NCBI GenBank assembly: GCA_965230455.1
Contig: CBDDKY010000003.1
Span: forward strand, 1,439,856 to 1,503,855
Length of the DNA stretch: 64,000 nt
From: Gammaproteobacteria bacterium
Lineage (GTDB): Bacteria > Pseudomonadota > Gammaproteobacteria > CBDDKY01
Direction of reading: 5' to 3'
Within the stretch, counting starts at the first letter, position 1. Every line of letters starts with the position of its first letter. Below the pieces are notes generated by a model that saw only the letters and a list, made by a program, of their open reading frames with translations, was not told the DNA's origin and did no database searches. Below, in pieces: positions 12,101 to 20,990 of the stretch. The position numbers and the translations under genes are program-made.

Positions 12101-13058
12101 ATGATGGTAGCATATAATAACTTCGTTGGCATTGATGTCGGTAAATTCAATTTTTTTGTTAACTTGCACGGCGCCCCCCCCCGTTCATGAATACCCTAAT
12201 GACATCAGTGGAATACAAGCATTTCTAACCGAATACTCTGCAAAACTCCAACAAGCTTTATGTGTGATAGAAACAACAGGTGGCTATGAAGCGCCCCTGC
12301 TCTTAACACTCTGTCAACAACACATAGCGGTTCATCGTGCCAATACACGCCATGTAAAAAGTTTTATTCGTTCCTATGGACACGGGGTAAAAACCGATGC
12401 ATTGGATGCAAAAGCTCTGGCACGCTATGGCTATGAACGACATGAAACCCTGGCTTGTTATGAGCCGCCCAATGATACTCAAAGCGAACTCTATAATTTG
12501 GTCAGTCGCCAGCATGATTTAAAGCAAATGCGCACAGCTGAAAAAAATCGATTGAAAGCTCCTAATACAAGCAGTTTAATGCAAGCCAGTTGCTCGCGTA
12601 TGATAGAGATGCTTACGAATGAAATTGAAGCCTTTGAAACGCGCATTAATGCGTTGATAGCCGATGATGAATTACTGACGTTTAAGAAGACGGCTATACA
12701 AACCATACCAGGCATCGGAAAGATACTCTCCAGTGAGTTAATCGTTCTATTACCTGAGCTAGGCCAATTGAGTCGACGAGAGATTGCTTCTCTGGTGGGA
12801 GTTGCTCCAAGAGCGAATGACAGCGGAAGACATCAAGGTTATCGTTCCACGGGTCATGGACGACCAGGCATTAAGCCAAGGCTATACATGGCGGCGATGG
12901 CAGCACGGAACTCAAACTCTTCGTTAAAAACTTTTTATAATGGGCTTGTTGAGCGAGGGAAGCCAAAGAAAGTGGCTTTAACCGCATTAATGCGAAAAAT
13001 TATTGTTATAGCTAATGCCCGTATTAAAGCGCTTAACTTGTCAATACAACCGACTTAA
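12101..13058 (+). pseudogene. IS110 recombinase/transposase, frameshifted at a C9 tract
   Basis: ATG 12101 gives MMVAYNNFVGIDVGK (first catalytic Asp). The remainder (VIETTGGYE, KTDALDA, IPGIG, NDSG) is in another frame. One fewer C at 12174-12182 would fuse the two. Confidence 0.88.
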
Positions 13059-13432
13059 ACATGAATCTATAGGATAGGCTCTCAGTCACACCTGCATAAT
13101 TCCTGAAGCGGAGTGAATATTGATATTTCTCACCATTAAGCTTGTGGACCCTGTGTATAAGTGATGTACCCTAACTAAAAGTTGGTTCTCAGCGAAGGAG
13201 ACACTTGAAAAAGCCGCATGTAGTTGATGGAGTAACAGCACTTTTGGTCTGTTATATGGGCAAAGAACTAACCTTTACAACATGGTTGATTCTAAATGAC
13301 AAGTTTTTTCAGTAAAAATTGTTCAAAGATGGCTGGCAGACAGACAGCTAAAACCCGAGGTTTCAACTGCGGGGACTATATATTGGGAGGCAGACTCGTA
13401 ACGATATGATTTGACGGTTATGCTGATAAGCC

Positions 13433-14197
13433 CTAGTCTTCTCGATAAACCGCACTATAACCATGTTGCATTACCGGCATCACAATGATTTCGCTTACAT
13501 TAACGTTAGCCGGAGCATTGACGCAGTAAGCAACACTATCGGCAATGTCGTTGCCTGTCAGCGCTTCAAAACCGTGGTAGACAGCTTCACTTTGTTCTTT
13601 ATCGCCTGCAAAACGTGTCTGACTAAACTCTGTTTCCACAAGGCCCGGTGAGACCTGGGAGACTCTAATGTGTTTGCCAGCAAGGTCTAATCGTAGGCCT
13701 CGACTGAGCGCATCTACGGCGTGTTTGGTGGCGCAGTAAACGCTACCACCGGCATAGACATTATGGCTGGAGGTAGAGGCAATATTCACAATATGTCCGT
13801 TGTCTTTTACCACCATGTGAGAGAGGACTAAGTGAGTGGTATACAGCAGCCCTTTGATATTAACATCAATCATTTGGCTCCAGTGAGCAGGATTAGCGTC
13901 TTGTAGTTTATCCAGGCTAAGTGCCAAGCCGGCATTATTGATGAGGACATCAACCTGAGCAAGCTCTTGAGAAAAGCCGTGGAAACACGCTTCCACGGTT
14001 TCACGCGTGGAGATATCACAAGGGACGCTCAGGCAATTGATAGCAAATTCGCGTTCTAGTTTAGCGGCAAGCACGTTGAGGCGCTCCTCGCGTCTGGCCA
14101 CCAATATTAAATTCGCACCTTCTTGGGCAAAACGTTCTGCACATGCAGCCCCAATGCCGCTGGAAGCGCCTGTAATCAGGATGGTTTTATTTTTCAT
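13433..14197 (-). CDS. NADP-dependent SDR oxidoreductase (YdfG-like)
   Basis: TGASSGIG, LINNAG and YCATK motifs. Confidence 0.9.
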   Translation of the reverse strand: MKNKTILITGASSGIGAACAERFAQEGANLILVARREERLNVLAAKLEREFAINCLSVPCDISTRETVEACFHGFSQELAQVDVLINNAGLALSLDKLQDANPAHWSQMIDVNIKGLLYTTHLVLSHMVVKDNGHIVNIASTSSHNVYAGGSVYCATKHAVDALSRGLRLDLAGKHIRVSQVSPGLVETEFSQTRFAGDKEQSEAVYHGFEALTGNDIADSVAYCVNAPANVNVSEIIVMPVMQHGYSAVYRED

Positions 14198-14266
14198 GCT
14201 GTTTTTATGTCGAGAAATTTTTGCCATTATCGCTCAGAACTTAGGGTTACGACAAGTTTTTTTAAC

Positions 14267-14432
14267 GTGAGAAATCTCAGAGGGCTAGCCTCCGAGGTAA
14301 AGGCGCTGGGGTTTCCATACCCAAGGGGGCACAGGTACCCAGGAGGGCGCAGGCAGGGGAGACGTGCAATTTTCCGCGTAGGCGACATCAAACCCGGAGA
14401 TAATCTTATTCGCCTACGGCTGTTTGAAAAGG
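14267..14432 (+). repeat. Structured GC-rich repeat, 'GTGAGAAATCTC' family, copy 1
   Basis: Shares colinear blocks with 53803-53985 (AAAGGCGCTGG, GTTTCCATACCCA, AGGGGGCACA, CCGCGTAGGCGACATCAAACC, TTCGCCTACGGC, TTGAAAAGG). Confidence 0.8.
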
Positions 14433-14548
14433 CAAACTTCTAGCTATAGCGTGGCAATTATAGTAGAATGAGGCGTTATAGCTTAAAGGCCTGTTCTCTT
14501 TAGCAAGAGAGATAGGTCCCCTATAACTACAATCTGGAGTCCTTTGTC

Positions 14549-16009
14549 ATGCTTAGAGTCACAGGTGAAGCCTTAACTTTCGATGATGTCCTTTTGCTCC
14601 CTGCCTTTTCAGAAGTGCTGCCTAAAGCCGTTTCTCTAAAAACACGCCTGACTAAAACTATTGAGTTAAATTTGCCTTTTTTATCCGCGGCCATGGATAC
14701 GGTAACGGAAGCGCGTTTAGCCATTGCTTTAGCTCAAGAAGGTGGCCTCGGTATTATTCACAAAAATCTGTCCATACAAGGGCAAGCAGAAGAGGTTAGA
14801 CGGGTTAAAAAGTTTGAAAGTGGTGTGGTATCAGACCCTATTACCGTATTACCTACGACCACGGTTAGAGAGTTACTACAGGTAACCAAAGCCCATCATA
14901 TTTCGGGGGTACCCGTTGTGGAGGGTGAGCAGCTGGTGGGCATTGTTACGGGACGTGATGTGCGCTTTGAAACCCAATTAGACCAACCTGTTTCGCAAGT
15001 GATGACACCTAAAGACCGTTTGGTAACGGCACGGGAAGGCGCTTCTCGCGATGAAGTGGTGACGCTGCTTCATAAAAACCGTATTGAAAAGGTGCTTATT
15101 GTGAATGAGCAGTTTCAGTTACGGGGCATGATGACCGTTAAAGATATTGAAAAAGCCAAAGAAAAGCCTTTAGCGGCCAAAGATGATTTGGGCCAATTGC
15201 GCGTAGGTGCTGCCGTGGGCACCGGCGTTGATGGCCGCGAGCGTGCAGAAGCTCTGGTGGAAGCTGGTGCTGATGTTATTGTCGTGGATACGGCCCACGG
15301 GCATTCACAAGGCGTGATTGAGCAGGTAGGGTGGGTTAAAAACACGTTCCCTCATGTACACGTTATTGGCGGTAATATTGCCACCGCAGAAGCGGCAAAA
15401 GCTTTAGTGGCGGCAGGTGCAGATGCCGTTAAAGTGGGTATTGGGCCTGGCTCTATTTGTACCACACGCATTGTGACAGGTGTGGGAGTGCCACAAATTT
15501 CTGCTGTCGCGAATGTGGCAGAAGCACTGGCTGCGGAAAATATCCCCCTGATTGCCGATGGGGGGGTTCGTTATTCTGGTGATATTTGTAAAGTCATTGC
15601 AGCGGGGGCTAGTGTGGTGATGCTGGGTGGTTTATTTGCTGGTACTGAGGAAGCCCCAGGCGATGTAGAACTTTATCAAGGCCGTTCTTACAAAACTTAT
15701 CGAGGCATGGGGTCTTTAGGGGCCATGGCCAAAGGTTCCAGTGATCGTTATTTTCAAGAAGACAGTGATGTTGAGAAATTAGTGCCTGAAGGTATCGAAG
15801 GTCGCGTGCCTTATAAAGGCTCGCTGACAGCTATTATTCACCAATTATCTGGTGGATTGCGTTCATCCATGGGATATACCGGTTGCTCAGATATTGAAAC
15901 CTTGCGAACCAAAGCACAGTTTGTCAAAGTGACTAATGCTGGCATGCGAGAGAGTCATGTCCACGATGTTAGTATCACTAAAGAAGCCCCTAATTACCGA
16001 ATAGAGTGA
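14549..16009 (+). CDS. guaB: IMP dehydrogenase
   Basis: [11 protein letters not shown] pair, [10 protein letters not shown] catalytic Cys. Confidence 0.98.
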   Translation: MLRVTGEALTFDDVLLLPAFSEVLPKAVSLKTRLTKTIELNLPFLSAAMDTVTEARLAIALAQEGGLGIIHKNLSIQGQAEEVRRVKKFESGVVSDPITVLPTTTVRELLQVTKAHHISGVPVVEGEQLVGIVTGRDVRFETQLDQPVSQVMTPKDRLVTAREGASRDEVVTLLHKNRIEKVLIVNEQFQLRGMMTVKDIEKAKEKPLAAKDDLGQLRVGAAVGTGVDGRERAEALVEAGADVIVVDTAHGHSQGVIEQVGWVKNTFPHVHVIGGNIATAEAAKALVAAGADAVKVGIGPGSICTTRIVTGVGVPQISAVANVAEALAAENIPLIADGGVRYSGDICKVIAAGASVVMLGGLFAGTEEAPGDVELYQGRSYKTYRGMGSLGAMAKGSSDRYFQEDSDVEKLVPEGIEGRVPYKGSLTAIIHQLSGGLRSSMGYTGCSDIETLRTKAQFVKVTNAGMRESHVHDVSITKEAPNYRIE

Positions 16010-16017
16010 ACATTTCC

Positions 16018-17601
16018 ATGCAAGATATACATGCACAATCCTTATTAATTTTAGATTTTGGCTCCCAATATACACAGCTTATTGCTCGTCGCGTGCGTGA
16101 GGCTGGTGTGTACTGTGAAATTCATCATTTTGATGTGGATAAAGCTTTTTTAGCAGCCTTTAAGCCCGCGGGAATTATTCTATCCGGTGGACCTGAGACA
16201 GTGACACAATCCATAACGCCGCGGGCGCCAGATGCTGTGTTTGACATAGGCTGTCCTGTTTTAGGTATTTGTTATGGTATGCAAACCATGGCATTACAGT
16301 TAGGTGGTGCCGTTGGTTCTTCTTCTCAACGAGAGTTTGGTGCTCAGCGAATAGAAGTGCATGGGCATTCACGTTTACTCTCAGACATTGAAGACCATAT
16401 AGAAAAAACCCAAGCAGGTGTGATGAATTTTCTTGATGTCTGGATGAGCCATGGTGACAAAGTTACAACCCTACCAGAAGGATTCCGTGTAACCGCTGCA
16501 ACCAAAACAGCACCCATTGCTGCCATGGCTGATGATGAGCGCCGTTTTTATGGTTTACAATTTCATCCAGAAGTCACCCATACGCGTCAGGGGCAACGTA
16601 TCCTGGAACGCTTTTTGATGGACATTTGTGGCTGTGAACGTCATTGGACACCGGCTCATATTATTGAAGATGCCATTGAGCGTATTAAAGCACAGGTTGG
16701 GGATGATGCCGTATTATTGGGTTTATCGGGTGGTGTGGATTCCAGTGTGGTGGCGGCTTTATTGCATCGCGCCATTGGTTCACAATTGATTTGCGTCTTT
16801 GTGGATAATGGTTTGTTACGCCAAGATGAAGCTGCGCAAGTGATGACCATGTTTGCAGAGCATCGCGGTATGCGGGTGATAGCTGTAGATGCAGCGGATG
16901 CCTTTTTGGATGCCCTAGCCAGCGAGACAGACCCTGAAAAGAAACGAAAAATAGCTGGAAGAGTTTTTGTAGAGACTTTTGAGCAAGAGGCAGCAAAGCT
17001 TCCCAATGTAAAATGGTTAGCGCAAGGCACTATCTATCCTGACGTGATTGAATCAGCAGCTGCTAAGTCAGGTAATGCTCATGTTATCAAATCTCACCAT
17101 AATGTAGGTGGTTTGCCTGACAATATGTCATTACAACTATTGGAACCGCTTCGAGAGCTGTTTAAGGATGAAGTGCGGCAGATTGGTTTAGCGTTAGGCT
17201 TACCCTATGATATGGTTTATCGGCATCCTTTTCCCGGTCCTGGATTGACTGTGCGTATTTTAGGCGAAGTTAATAAAATCTATGCAGATTTATTGCGCCA
17301 AGTAGATGCTATTTTCATACAAGAACTATTAGAGAAAGACTTATATCATAAAGTCAGTCAAGCCTTTGCTGTATTCTTGCCCGTGAAATCTGTAGGGGTT
17401 ATTGGTGATGCTAGGCAATATGATTATGTGGTAGCGCTGCGCGCTGTGGAAACCGTAGATTTTATGACGGCTCGCTGGGCGCATTTGCCTTATGATTTTT
17501 TGGAACATGTGTCTAATCGCATTATCAATGAAGTCAAAGGTATTTCTCGTGTCGTGTATGATATTTCTTCCAAGCCACCGGCAACTATTGAGTGGGAATA
17601 A
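16018..17601 (+). CDS. guaA: GMP synthase (glutamine-hydrolysing)
   Basis: [34 protein letters not shown]-terminus. Confidence 0.98.
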   Translation: MQDIHAQSLLILDFGSQYTQLIARRVREAGVYCEIHHFDVDKAFLAAFKPAGIILSGGPETVTQSITPRAPDAVFDIGCPVLGICYGMQTMALQLGGAVGSSSQREFGAQRIEVHGHSRLLSDIEDHIEKTQAGVMNFLDVWMSHGDKVTTLPEGFRVTAATKTAPIAAMADDERRFYGLQFHPEVTHTRQGQRILERFLMDICGCERHWTPAHIIEDAIERIKAQVGDDAVLLGLSGGVDSSVVAALLHRAIGSQLICVFVDNGLLRQDEAAQVMTMFAEHRGMRVIAVDAADAFLDALASETDPEKKRKIAGRVFVETFEQEAAKLPNVKWLAQGTIYPDVIESAAAKSGNAHVIKSHHNVGGLPDNMSLQLLEPLRELFKDEVRQIGLALGLPYDMVYRHPFPGPGLTVRILGEVNKIYADLLRQVDAIFIQELLEKDLYHKVSQAFAVFLPVKSVGVIGDARQYDYVVALRAVETVDFMTARWAHLPYDFLEHVSNRIINEVKGISRVVYDISSKPPATIEWE

Positions 17602-17714
17602 CTTTCAGCAACTTGCAGGCGATGACGCTTGACCCTGTTAAAGTCGAAGCCTAAAATGGTTCCTATCATCATGGCGCCTTATTGATAACCTATGCGGTTA
17701 GGTTTATCGATAAT

Positions 17715-17752
17715 CCTAAATGCCGTAGTCGATTTCAACGGCGGAAGTTAGG
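17715..17752. repeat. 38-bp minimal derivative of the CCTAAA-ended MITEs
   Basis: CCTAAATGCCGTAGTCGATTTCAACGGCGGAAGTTAGG; near-identical layout at 57902-57939. Confidence 0.65.
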
Positions 17753-17782
17753 GTAATGGCCAATATTTCTTGAGGAACCATT

Positions 17783-19165
17783 ATGTCTCCTGTCTTGTCT
17801 GAGTTGTTATCCCGAGCACAATTTGCGTTCACCGTCGCTTTCCATATTATTTTTCCTTCCATCAGTATTGGGTTAGCTTTATTTTTAGCCATCATGGAAG
17901 GCATTTGGTTAAAAACGAAAAACCCTGTCTATTTAAAAATCTGTAAATATTGGACCAAAATTTTTGCTCTTACCTTTGGTATGGGCGTGGTATCAGGTAT
18001 TGTCATGGCCTATGAGTTAGGCGCAAACTTTCCGGGTTTTACTAATGCTATTGGTGCGGTACTTGGGCCTTTGTTTGGCTATGAAACATTAAGTGCCTTT
18101 TTCTTGGAGGCAGGCTTTATCGGTATCATGTGGTTTGGTTGGGATAAAGTAAGCCCTCGGGTTCATTATTTAGCGACCTTTTTGGTCATGTTGGGTACGT
18201 TGTTCTCTGTTTTTTGGATATTGATAGCCAACTCTTGGATGCAAACACCCGCAGGGGCAGAGTTTGTTCATGGTAAGTTTATTGTCACCAGTTGGTGGGA
18301 TGCCATTAATAATCCTTCAACATGGCCACGGTTGACACATATGGTGTTGGCGGCTTACATTACCGGCGCTTGTTTTGTGGGCAGTGTGTCAGCCTATTAC
18401 TTATTACGTAAGGTCCATTTAGATATTGCTAAGCCTTGTTTTAAGTTTGCCATCATAGCGCTTTTAGTTTTAGTACCACTGCAAATACTATTGGGAGATA
18501 CTGTGGGTTTAGTCGTGCATGAGAACCAGCCGCTTAAGACGGCAGCCATAGAGGGGGTTTGGCATACGCAAAAAGGAGCGCCGTTAGTGCTGTTTGCATG
18601 GCCTAGTGAAAAACAAGAAAAAAACCTCTATTCCATAGAAATTCCCTATGGCGCAAGCATTATTAACACCCATAAGTTAGAAGGTGAGCTCATTGGGCTA
18701 ACTTCTGTTGCAAAACGTGACAGACCACCCGTGGCGCCGGTTTTCTTTAGCTTTAGAATTATGGTAGGTATTGGGCTACTGTTGTTGTTTGCCGCCTTAT
18801 ACGGTGTGCTTAGTTTGCTGAAAGGCAAACTCTATGAAGCGCGTTGGTTGCAGCGTTTCATGGTATTTACACCGCCTTTAGCTATCTTTGCCGTTTGGGC
18901 GGGGTGGGTGACGGCTGAAGTAGGGCGCCAACCTTGGGTGGTTTATCACTTCATTCGCACCATGAATGCGGCTGCTCACTTAGACTGGAAACATGTATTA
19001 CTTTCTTTTGTAAGCTTTATTATTATCTATGGGTTTGTCTTTGCTTGTTATATTGTTTATATGCATCACTTGTTGCGTAACGGCCCTCAAGCTGATGATG
19101 TGTCCATGTTTGCTTACATGGGACAGGGCGAAGCGCCAGCCACCGCAATTGAAGGGGAGAAATAA
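17783..19165 (+). CDS. cydA: Cytochrome bd ubiquinol oxidase subunit I (short Q-loop, CioA-like)
   Basis: FHIIFP, FFLEAGF, QPLKTAAIEG and EVGRQPW motifs. Confidence 0.95.
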   Translation: MSPVLSELLSRAQFAFTVAFHIIFPSISIGLALFLAIMEGIWLKTKNPVYLKICKYWTKIFALTFGMGVVSGIVMAYELGANFPGFTNAIGAVLGPLFGYETLSAFFLEAGFIGIMWFGWDKVSPRVHYLATFLVMLGTLFSVFWILIANSWMQTPAGAEFVHGKFIVTSWWDAINNPSTWPRLTHMVLAAYITGACFVGSVSAYYLLRKVHLDIAKPCFKFAIIALLVLVPLQILLGDTVGLVVHENQPLKTAAIEGVWHTQKGAPLVLFAWPSEKQEKNLYSIEIPYGASIINTHKLEGELIGLTSVAKRDRPPVAPVFFSFRIMVGIGLLLLFAALYGVLSLLKGKLYEARWLQRFMVFTPPLAIFAVWAGWVTAEVGRQPWVVYHFIRTMNAAAHLDWKHVLLSFVSFIIIYGFVFACYIVYMHHLLRNGPQADDVSMFAYMGQGEAPATAIEGEK

Positions 19166-19167
19166 AT

Positions 19168-20169
19168 ATGACAATACTCCCTGTTATTTGGTTGGCGATT
19201 GTGGCTTTTGTCATCATGATGTATGTGTTGCTAGATGGATTTGATTTAGGGATTGGTATCTTATTTCCCTTTGTTAAGGAGGAACAGCATCGTTGCATTA
19301 TGATAGAAACCATTGGCCCTGTTTGGGATGGTAATGAAACCTGGTTGGTATTGGGTGGTGCTTTATTATATGGGGCTTTTCCCGTTGTCTATAGTACCCT
19401 ATTGCCAACGCTATATATGCCTATTATGTTGATGCTTGCCGCACTTGTATTGCGTGGGGTGACCTTTGAATTTCGGCATAAATCCACTCAATATAGGCAT
19501 CTGTGGAGTGGGATATTCTTCTTTGCCTCTTTGGTTGCAACTTTTTGTCAAGGGGTTGTGCTTGGTACTGTGGTACAGGGCTATGGCGTGGAGCCTGTGC
19601 AGGGAGCTGTACCTTTTTATGACTGGTTAACGCCCTTTAGTTGTTTTACCGGCGCTGCGTTAGTGTTAGGTTACGCTTTGTTAGGGGCCTGTTGGCTTAT
19701 TGGTAAGACGGAAGGCGAGTTGCAAGCACGCATGTATCCAGTAGCTCAAACTTTATTAGGCTGTATGGCCGGGGCTATGTTAATAGTGAGCTACTGGACA
19801 CCGCATTTAGTGCCACAAATTATGAATAGATGGTTCTCTGCTCCTAATGTTTATTATTTGTTTCCATTACCTCTAGTGACTGCTTTGGTGATTGTAGGGA
19901 GTTGGTTAGCCCTTAAAAAGAGATATGATTGGTTGCCTTTTGCGGGCAGCGCAAGCATTTTCTTTTTGTTTTACTTAGGATTTGCGCTGAGCGTTTGGCC
20001 TTACATCATCCCTTATAACACAACGCTCTGGCAGGCAGCAGCACCAAAAAGCTCGTTGGTATTTTTATTAGTAGGAACATCGATTTTACTACCATTACTG
20101 TGTGCTTATACCTTTTACTCATATCGTGTTTTCCGTGGGAAAGTAACGATAGATTCTCTGCACGCTTAA
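19168..20169 (+). CDS. cydB: Cytochrome bd ubiquinol oxidase subunit II
   Basis: LDGFDLGIG and PVWDGNETWLV. Confidence 0.95.
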   Translation: MTILPVIWLAIVAFVIMMYVLLDGFDLGIGILFPFVKEEQHRCIMIETIGPVWDGNETWLVLGGALLYGAFPVVYSTLLPTLYMPIMLMLAALVLRGVTFEFRHKSTQYRHLWSGIFFFASLVATFCQGVVLGTVVQGYGVEPVQGAVPFYDWLTPFSCFTGAALVLGYALLGACWLIGKTEGELQARMYPVAQTLLGCMAGAMLIVSYWTPHLVPQIMNRWFSAPNVYYLFPLPLVTALVIVGSWLALKKRYDWLPFAGSASIFFLFYLGFALSVWPYIIPYNTTLWQAAAPKSSLVFLLVGTSILLPLLCAYTFYSYRVFRGKVTIDSLHA

Positions 20170-20186
20170 GGCTTAGAGGAGTGTTT

Positions 20187-20981
20187 ATGGAATCCTCTGT
20201 TTTGCTTGCAAGTACGTTGCTTTTTTATTTGCTGGGGATGGGCCTGCAGGGGTTCCGGTTCACTGGACGCTTGCAACGTGAACGTTGGTTGGTTTTAGTT
20301 GCAGGCCTAATGGCCGCTACAGCACATGCCTGGTTGTTGCATCGTTGGATAGATGTGCAGGGAGGGCAGAATTTAAGTTTTTTTAATGTGCTCTCCCTGG
20401 TAGCCTGGCTCAATGCATTATTAATCATTTTGGCCTCTTTGGGTAAGCCCTTACTCAATTTGGTGCTATTTGCTAATCCTTTGGCAGTGTTATCGCTAGG
20501 CTTAGTTATGCTTTTCCCCACCAGTAATATAATTGATACAGGTGCCGATCCTAAACAACTGAGCCATATCTTATTAGCGGTGTTAGCTTTTAGCGTGTTA
20601 TGTATTACGGCATGGCAGGCTTTGGTTATAGCATGGCAAAATCGTATGTTGCGGCATAAAAAAGCAGCTAACTTATTGCGTCTTTTGCCTTCGCTGCAGA
20701 CCATGGAGAGCTTATTGTTTCAAATGGTCATCTTAGGTTTTGTATTATTAACCATTGTCTTAGGCTCCAGTATTTTATTTTTTCAAAATATCTTCGCTCA
20801 ACATTTATTACAAAAAACCGTGTTATCCTTGCTAGCTTGGGGCGTGTTTGCTACCTTACTATTGGGTCGGTTCTATTTTGGTTGGCGCGGTGATGTGGCT
20901 GTGCGTTGGACGTTGTCAGGTTTTCTGCTGTTAGCGTTGTCATATTTTGGCAGCCGGTTTTTGGCGGGACTTTTAGTATGA
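20187..20981 (+). CDS. ypjD: Cytochrome c assembly family inner membrane protein (YpjD/CcsA-like)
   Basis: Multi-TM protein, LPSLQTME, GWRG...RWTL, YFGSRF; paired with corB/yfjD. Confidence 0.85.
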   Translation: MESSVLLASTLLFYLLGMGLQGFRFTGRLQRERWLVLVAGLMAATAHAWLLHRWIDVQGGQNLSFFNVLSLVAWLNALLIILASLGKPLLNLVLFANPLAVLSLGLVMLFPTSNIIDTGADPKQLSHILLAVLAFSVLCITAWQALVIAWQNRMLRHKKAANLLRLLPSLQTMESLLFQMVILGFVLLTIVLGSSILFFQNIFAQHLLQKTVLSLLAWGVFATLLLGRFYFGWRGDVAVRWTLSGFLLLALSYFGSRFLAGLLV

Positions 20982-20990
20982 GGATAAAAA

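Larger units (their letters stand above)
11884..13290 (+). mobile_element. IS110 family insertion sequence (1407 bp, AT core at both junctions)
   Basis: DEDD recombinase gene. Removal restores the host hairpin loop (TTTAGCTAT/TCTAAAT). AT dinucleotide at 11882-83 and 13289-90; no terminal inverted repeats. Confidence 0.92.
11757..13380. mobile_element. MITE hosting the IS110 insertion (arms 11757-11883 and 13291-13380)
   Basis: TATAGTCCCCGCAGTTGAAA ... TTTCAACTGCGGGGACTATA ends. The internal inverted repeat TTTGAACAATTTTTACTGAAAAAAC / GTTTTTTCAGTAAAAATTGTTCAAA brackets the IS. Confidence 0.85.
11418..13414 (+). pseudogene. Shikimate kinase-like pseudogene, split by two MITEs and an IS110, 3' part missing
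   Basis: ATG 11418 gives MSEPTRIFIVGYMGAGKFISADALAKRLGWPLVHANPSIEC (P-loop GxMGAGK). Removing the inserts and duplicated TAs continues in frame as YIGRQTRNDMI*. Confidence 0.75.

Noticed and set aside
11839-12150. 103-aa ORF antisense to the IS110 left end
   Set aside because: Crosses the IS boundary and overlies the bridge RNA; no protein features.
14267-14432. Possible purine or c-di-GMP riboswitch upstream of guaB
   Set aside because: Does not fit the consensus I know, recurs before an unrelated gene, and lies upstream of a likely -10 box (TAGAAT near 14464).
14123-14443. 106-aa ORF, and the 86-aa ORF at 53737-53997
   Set aside because: Both run through the GC-rich GTGAG repeat, on opposite strands in the two copies, so there is no conserved coding frame.
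17679-17713. FNR site upstream of cydA
   Set aside because: Not TTGAT-N4-ATCAA. It shares short sequences with 29441-29475 and is more likely a repeat remnant.
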